The position numbers and the translations under genes are program-made. Of a stretch of DNA of 20,000 bases, positions 16,682 through 20,000 are shown piece by piece (the first letter of the stretch is position 1; each line of letters begins with the position of its first letter). Source of the stretch: an uncultured virus (IMG/VR IMGVR_UViG_3300032309_002680) (Duplodnaviria > Heunggongvirae > Uroviricota > Caudoviricetes); IMG/VR virus record IMGVR_UViG_3300032309_002680; one strand, given 5' to 3'. Under the pieces are notes generated by a model, which did no database searches, had not been told where the DNA came from, and worked only from the letters and a program-made list of their open reading frames with translations.

Positions 16682-18083
16682 CGAAACCTCACACGATGCT
16701 TCTGTTTCTTTAATAGAAAATGGAAAAATTATTTTTGCAGGACACGCAGAAAGATATAGCAAGCAGAAGAATGATTGGTATATCAATAATAGTTTAGTTA
16801 ATGATGCTTTGTCATATGGGGCACCTGATGCTATAGCCTACTACGAAAAACCCCTTCTAAAGGCCTCTAGGCTATTTATAAAGGGTGGCGTAGGGGATTG
16901 GAAGCCTAAGTTTAACATAGAGGGTATACGAAGAAAATCATTTAGCCATCATTACTCACACGCATGTGCTGGATATTATACAAGTAGGTTTTCTGACTCA
17001 GCAATTGTAGTTCTAGATTCAATTGGTGAATACAATACTTCTACTATTTGGGTAGGAGAAGGTGAAAAAATAAAATTAAAGTTTAAGCAAAATTACCCAG
17101 TAAGTTTTGGATTGTTCTACTCAGCCTTTACTCAGCTGGTCGGACTTATGCCAAATCAAGAAGAGTATATTATGATGGGGATGGCTGCTTATGGAGATTG
17201 GACAAAATATTATAAGCAGATAGATAATTATTTTCCTAGATATGACAAGCAAAAGTATAATTTTCACAAAGGAATTACTGACTGGGGATGGGTTTCAGAG
17301 CAAGATAAGTTTAATATTGCAGCAGCAGTTCAAGTAGTTTATGAACAAAGGCTTATAGATTTTATGAGGTACGCAAAAGATTTAACAAAAAAGAACAATT
17401 TGGTTTTTATGGGAGGGTGTGCACTTAACTGCTCAGCAAATACTAAGTTATGGGAAATATTTAATGACGTATGGATAATGCCAAACCCAGGAGATTCTGG
17501 AAGTTCTTTGGGCGCAGCAGCAGCACTTTACGGAAAACATTTAGATTGGCAGACTCCATACCTAGGGTACGATTTAGGCGGGGAGTACCCAGTAAATAAA
17601 ATAATTAAAGGTTTAGCTGACAATAAAATAGTTGCAGTTGCCTCTGGAAGAGCAGAGTTTGGCCCAAGGGCTTTGGGAAACAGAAGCATACTTGCAGATC
17701 CAAGAGATCCAGAAATAAAAAACAAAGTAAATTTAATAAAAAAAAGAGAATCATTTAGGCCTTTTGCACCAGTCGTAATGGAAGAGCATGCAAGCAAATG
17801 GTTTGATATTAATTTTAGTTCTCCTTATATGCAGTACGCCGTCAAATGTTTAAAGCCAGACATAATACCATCTGTTGTACATGCTGACGGTACTTCGAGA
17901 GTTCAAACAATTAATAAAAATCAGCACCCAGGACTGTATGAAGTACTAAAGCAATGGTTTGATTTAACTGGAGTACCAGTTTTGTTAAACACCAGCTTAA
18001 ATGTTAAGGGACAGCCTTTAATTAATGACGAAAAAGACATCCTGGAGTGGGAAAATTATTACCAACATCAAATAATTTCATAA
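16662..18083 (+). CDS. O-carbamoyltransferase, NodU/CmcH/TobZ family, compact 473 aa
   Basis: MIILG..HDAS, HHYSHA, VVLD..GE, GLFYS, MGMAAYG, GGCALN, PGDSG, GRAEFGPRALGNRSILADP, KKRESFRPFAP, HADGTSRVQT, LLNTSLN. Start set at ATG 16662. Confidence 0.95.
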   Translation: MIILGVNETSHDASVSLIENGKIIFAGHAERYSKQKNDWYINNSLVNDALSYGAPDAIAYYEKPLLKASRLFIKGGVGDWKPKFNIEGIRRKSFSHHYSHACAGYYTSRFSDSAIVVLDSIGEYNTSTIWVGEGEKIKLKFKQNYPVSFGLFYSAFTQLVGLMPNQEEYIMMGMAAYGDWTKYYKQIDNYFPRYDKQKYNFHKGITDWGWVSEQDKFNIAAAVQVVYEQRLIDFMRYAKDLTKKNNLVFMGGCALNCSANTKLWEIFNDVWIMPNPGDSGSSLGAAAALYGKHLDWQTPYLGYDLGGEYPVNKIIKGLADNKIVAVASGRAEFGPRALGNRSILADPRDPEIKNKVNLIKKRESFRPFAPVVMEEHASKWFDINFSSPYMQYAVKCLKPDIIPSVVHADGTSRVQTINKNQHPGLYEVLKQWFDLTGVPVLLNTSLNVKGQPLINDEKDILEWENYYQHQIIS

Positions 18084-18092
18084 TGGTATAAT
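18084..18092 (+). promoter_or_regulatory. Extended -10 promoter (TGgTATAAT), leaderless or near-leaderless for 18101
   Basis: Starts immediately after the carbamoyltransferase stop; ATG 8 nt after the -10; no SD. Confidence 0.7.
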
Positions 18093-18100
18093 GTGTATAT

Positions 18101-18559
18101 ATGCTAATACATAGAGGTAAGTGGATCAAGCAATCTGAAGACGTTACATGCGCCATGCTTTGGAAAGAGTGGTCTGGCAATTTTCCAGATGACAGATTGG
18201 TTTTGTTAGCCAAGGAAAGAATTGCAGATTACACCAGAAAAGACTGGGACTCAATGGTTGAAGAAGCCCACGAATTAAACTCATACCTTGCAGAGTGCAT
18301 TAATAACAATATTCCAGTAGAAGATCCTAGGGCAGAGCATGGATTTGATTTGTTTGCTGATCATTATGTTAAATGGTTTTTTCCGATAGATGAAGAATAT
18401 CTATTAAAGCTTAGCTTAGAAACTCAAGTAAATAAAAAGTATGCTTTATTTTTTGAAAAGCAAGCCCCAGGACTTAGCCAATACCTTTTAAAATTAATTA
18501 AAGCACATTCCCATAAAAGAAAAGATGGATTAAATAGTTTGTCGACAAATAAAATATGA
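18101..18559 (+). CDS. Stand-alone TipAS-like (antibiotic-recognition) domain protein
   Basis: ERIADYTRKDW, LAECI..NIPVEDPRA and FEKQAPGLSQYL match the remembered TipAS pattern (R.A.YTKEDW, G.P.DS..A, D...PGLA.Y). No MerR HTH is present. Confidence 0.68.
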   Translation: MLIHRGKWIKQSEDVTCAMLWKEWSGNFPDDRLVLLAKERIADYTRKDWDSMVEEAHELNSYLAECINNNIPVEDPRAEHGFDLFADHYVKWFFPIDEEYLLKLSLETQVNKKYALFFEKQAPGLSQYLLKLIKAHSHKRKDGLNSLSTNKI

Positions 18560-19197
18560 AAGAAAGCTTTTCTCCAAAACCTGTTAATATTGATAATATT
18601 ACAAAACAAATAGGTACAGGTATCGACAACATAAAAGTCTTTGAAAATTATTTAACTGATAAAGAATCTGAAACTGCAATGTCAATTATTTCAAGGTATA
18701 AGGTAAAAGAAGGAGTAAATCATTCTTACCCAATACATACCTTAGAAGAATATACACCTTCGCAAGAAGAACTATTATTTACCAACATAATGAGAAAAAA
18801 ACTTATTCATAAAGTAACCCTAGAATACAAAATGAAATTTGTACAAGATAAACCTTTTCTGTATATAGTTCATCCAACTGGAACCTACATAGATCCGCAT
18901 ACAGATATATTAGACATAGATGAGCCAGACTATGAAAACGATACTTACGAATCTCAAATAGAAAAATATCCATACTTGTGGAGTGGACATTTATCTGTCC
19001 TTGCATATTTAAATGACGACTACGAGGGAGGAGAGCTTTACTTCCCAGACTTTAATTACAGCATTAGACCTAAAAAAAATATGCTAATTCTTTTTCCAGG
19101 TAATACACATTACGTTCATGGTGTTTCAGAGATTACTTCTGGAACTAGGTACACTATTTCTCAATGGACTCAATTCTCAGAATTTAATAAGAAATAA
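18556..19197 (+). CDS. 2OG-Fe(II) oxygenase, prolyl-4-hydroxylase-like
   Basis: HxD (PHTD), SVLAYLNDDYEGGELYF, PKKNMLILFPG, VHGVSEITSGTRYTISQW; ATGA overlap with the TipAS-like gene. Confidence 0.92.
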   Translation: MKESFSPKPVNIDNITKQIGTGIDNIKVFENYLTDKESETAMSIISRYKVKEGVNHSYPIHTLEEYTPSQEELLFTNIMRKKLIHKVTLEYKMKFVQDKPFLYIVHPTGTYIDPHTDILDIDEPDYENDTYESQIEKYPYLWSGHLSVLAYLNDDYEGGELYFPDFNYSIRPKKNMLILFPGNTHYVHGVSEITSGTRYTISQWTQFSEFNKK

Positions 19198-19202
19198 AGA
19201 CT

Positions 19203-20000
19203 ATGAAGTTTCATTGGATGCACAGGTTTGACTTTGGAGATTCAGAAACTGAATTAGTTCAAATGGCAAGAGATTTAGAAAGAGCAAAAGCTTATTCTGT
19301 TTTATTAACATATTCTATAATTTCAACAGACTATGTTCCCTTTTTGCAAAGCATGATAAGAGTATCAAAACACCTTAAGTTTATGATGGCGTTTAGGGCT
19401 TACACAATGAGTCCAGAATATGCAATTAGATTTTTTAATACAATGAATGTTCACTATAAAAATAGGGTAACATTTAATTTAGTTGCTGGAAAAATGCTTG
19501 AAGATGAACAAAAAGAAGTAATTGATATGTATAATTTTGACGAGTCTTTAATAAATACTGTCGAAAAAAGAATAGAGCTTGCAGATAAGTGGGCAGATAA
19601 ATTTTTTAATAAGATAGGTGATCAAGCGCCAGTTTCTTATACAATTGCAAATTCTCCAATGACAATTGACTTGGCTAATAAATGGACAGACTATGCTATT
19701 ATCAATGATAGTGGATTAGAAAAATCATTTTTAAAAGAATCAATTAATAAATTAAAAAATACTAAGATAGTATTAATTATTGACCCTTTAATTAGGGAAA
19801 CAAAAGAAGAACTTGATCAAGATATAGCATATTACTATCAGGAGTGGACCCCTAATAAATCTGAAAAACCTTATGTTTTAGAAAAAAGAGAGCATTTAAT
19901 ACGTGGAAGCATGGAAGAGGTTAAGCAGAAAATTAGAGATATATCTAAAGAATACGGGATAGATGACTTTATGATAGTAACCAGCCAAAAAAATATATCC
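19203..20000 (+). CDS. Luciferase-like (LLM class, SsuD-like) flavin-dependent monooxygenase, 3'-truncated by the window and absent from the ORF track
   Basis: Open from ATG 19203 to the window end (266 codons): MKFHWM...AYSVLLTY...LKFMMAFRAYTMSPEYAIR...RVTFNLVAG...LIRGSMEEVKQKIRDISKEYGIDDFMI. These match SsuD/LLM segments (LKFLVALRP..SP, GR..FNLVTG, LVG..E.V....G.D.F). Confidence 0.78.
   Translation, partial: MKFHWMHRFDFGDSETELVQMARDLERAKAYSVLLTYSIISTDYVPFLQSMIRVSKHLKFMMAFRAYTMSPEYAIRFFNTMNVHYKNRVTFNLVAGKMLEDEQKEVIDMYNFDESLINTVEKRIELADKWADKFFNKIGDQAPVSYTIANSPMTIDLANKWTDYAIINDSGLEKSFLKESINKLKNTKIVLIIDPLIRETKEELDQDIAYYYQEWTPNKSEKPYVLEKREHLIRGSMEEVKQKIRDISKEYGIDDFMIVTSQKNIS

Larger units (their letters stand above)
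1..20000 (+). mobile_element. Segment of a tailed dsDNA bacteriophage genome (replication/recombination/packaging region plus accessory enzymes); host probably actinobacterial
   Basis: Large terminase next to helicase, primase, SSB, DnaE, RecA, resolvases and a Cas4-like nuclease. All genes are on one strand with overlapping starts/stops, many short hypotheticals and no cellular housekeeping context. The host is inferred from gene order and leaderless TGnTAnnnT promoters. Confidence 0.92.

Noticed and set aside
833..19006. All short minus-strand ORFs in the track
   Set aside because: They lie antisense to well-supported plus-strand genes, are 60-89 aa and have no motifs.
8483..19197. Oxygenases as TET/JBP DNA base oxidases
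   Set aside because: Two have P4H-like YLNDxYxGGE signatures and none shows recognisable TET/JBP features; no partner methyltransferase is in the window. Not excluded without an HMM search.
1..20000. Bacterial chromosome origin (dnaE, recA, dnaB, dnaG present); tRNAs or stop-codon recoding
   Set aside because: The terminase, gp32-like SSB and gene density indicate a phage. No tRNA-sized intergenic gaps remain, and genes are intact in the standard code.

Overview
The whole window is a densely packed, all plus-strand, AT-rich segment of a tailed dsDNA phage. Gene content and order resemble large Streptomyces BE/BK-type and freshwater actinobacterial phages (from memory, not a search). The core is a replication, recombination and packaging module: DnaB-like helicase, DnaG primase, gp32-like SSB, DnaE-type Pol III alpha, RecA, Hjc-like and RuvC-like resolvases, a Cas4-like exonuclease, a putative small terminase and the large terminase. 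Tailoring or modification enzymes sit within and after this core: three 2OG-Fe(II) oxygenase-fold proteins (one a tandem duplication with a degenerate second domain), an Nmad1/DUF1599-like protein, a NodU/CmcH carbamoyltransferase, and a separately promoted cassette of a stand-alone TipAS-like protein, a 2OG oxygenase and a luciferase-like (SsuD-like) monooxygenase that runs off the window end. Four genes missing from the ORF track were read manually: 9873-10010, 10338-10472, 13301-13447 and 19203->20000. Several sigma70/SigA-type promoters are visible, many placed to give leaderless mRNAs, and one has its -35 inside a terminator hairpin. One oxygenase gene is flanked by an imperfect duplication of the recA stop/next-gene start junction. 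No tRNA, CRISPR array, integrase or intein was seen. All family assignments rest on motif recognition only.
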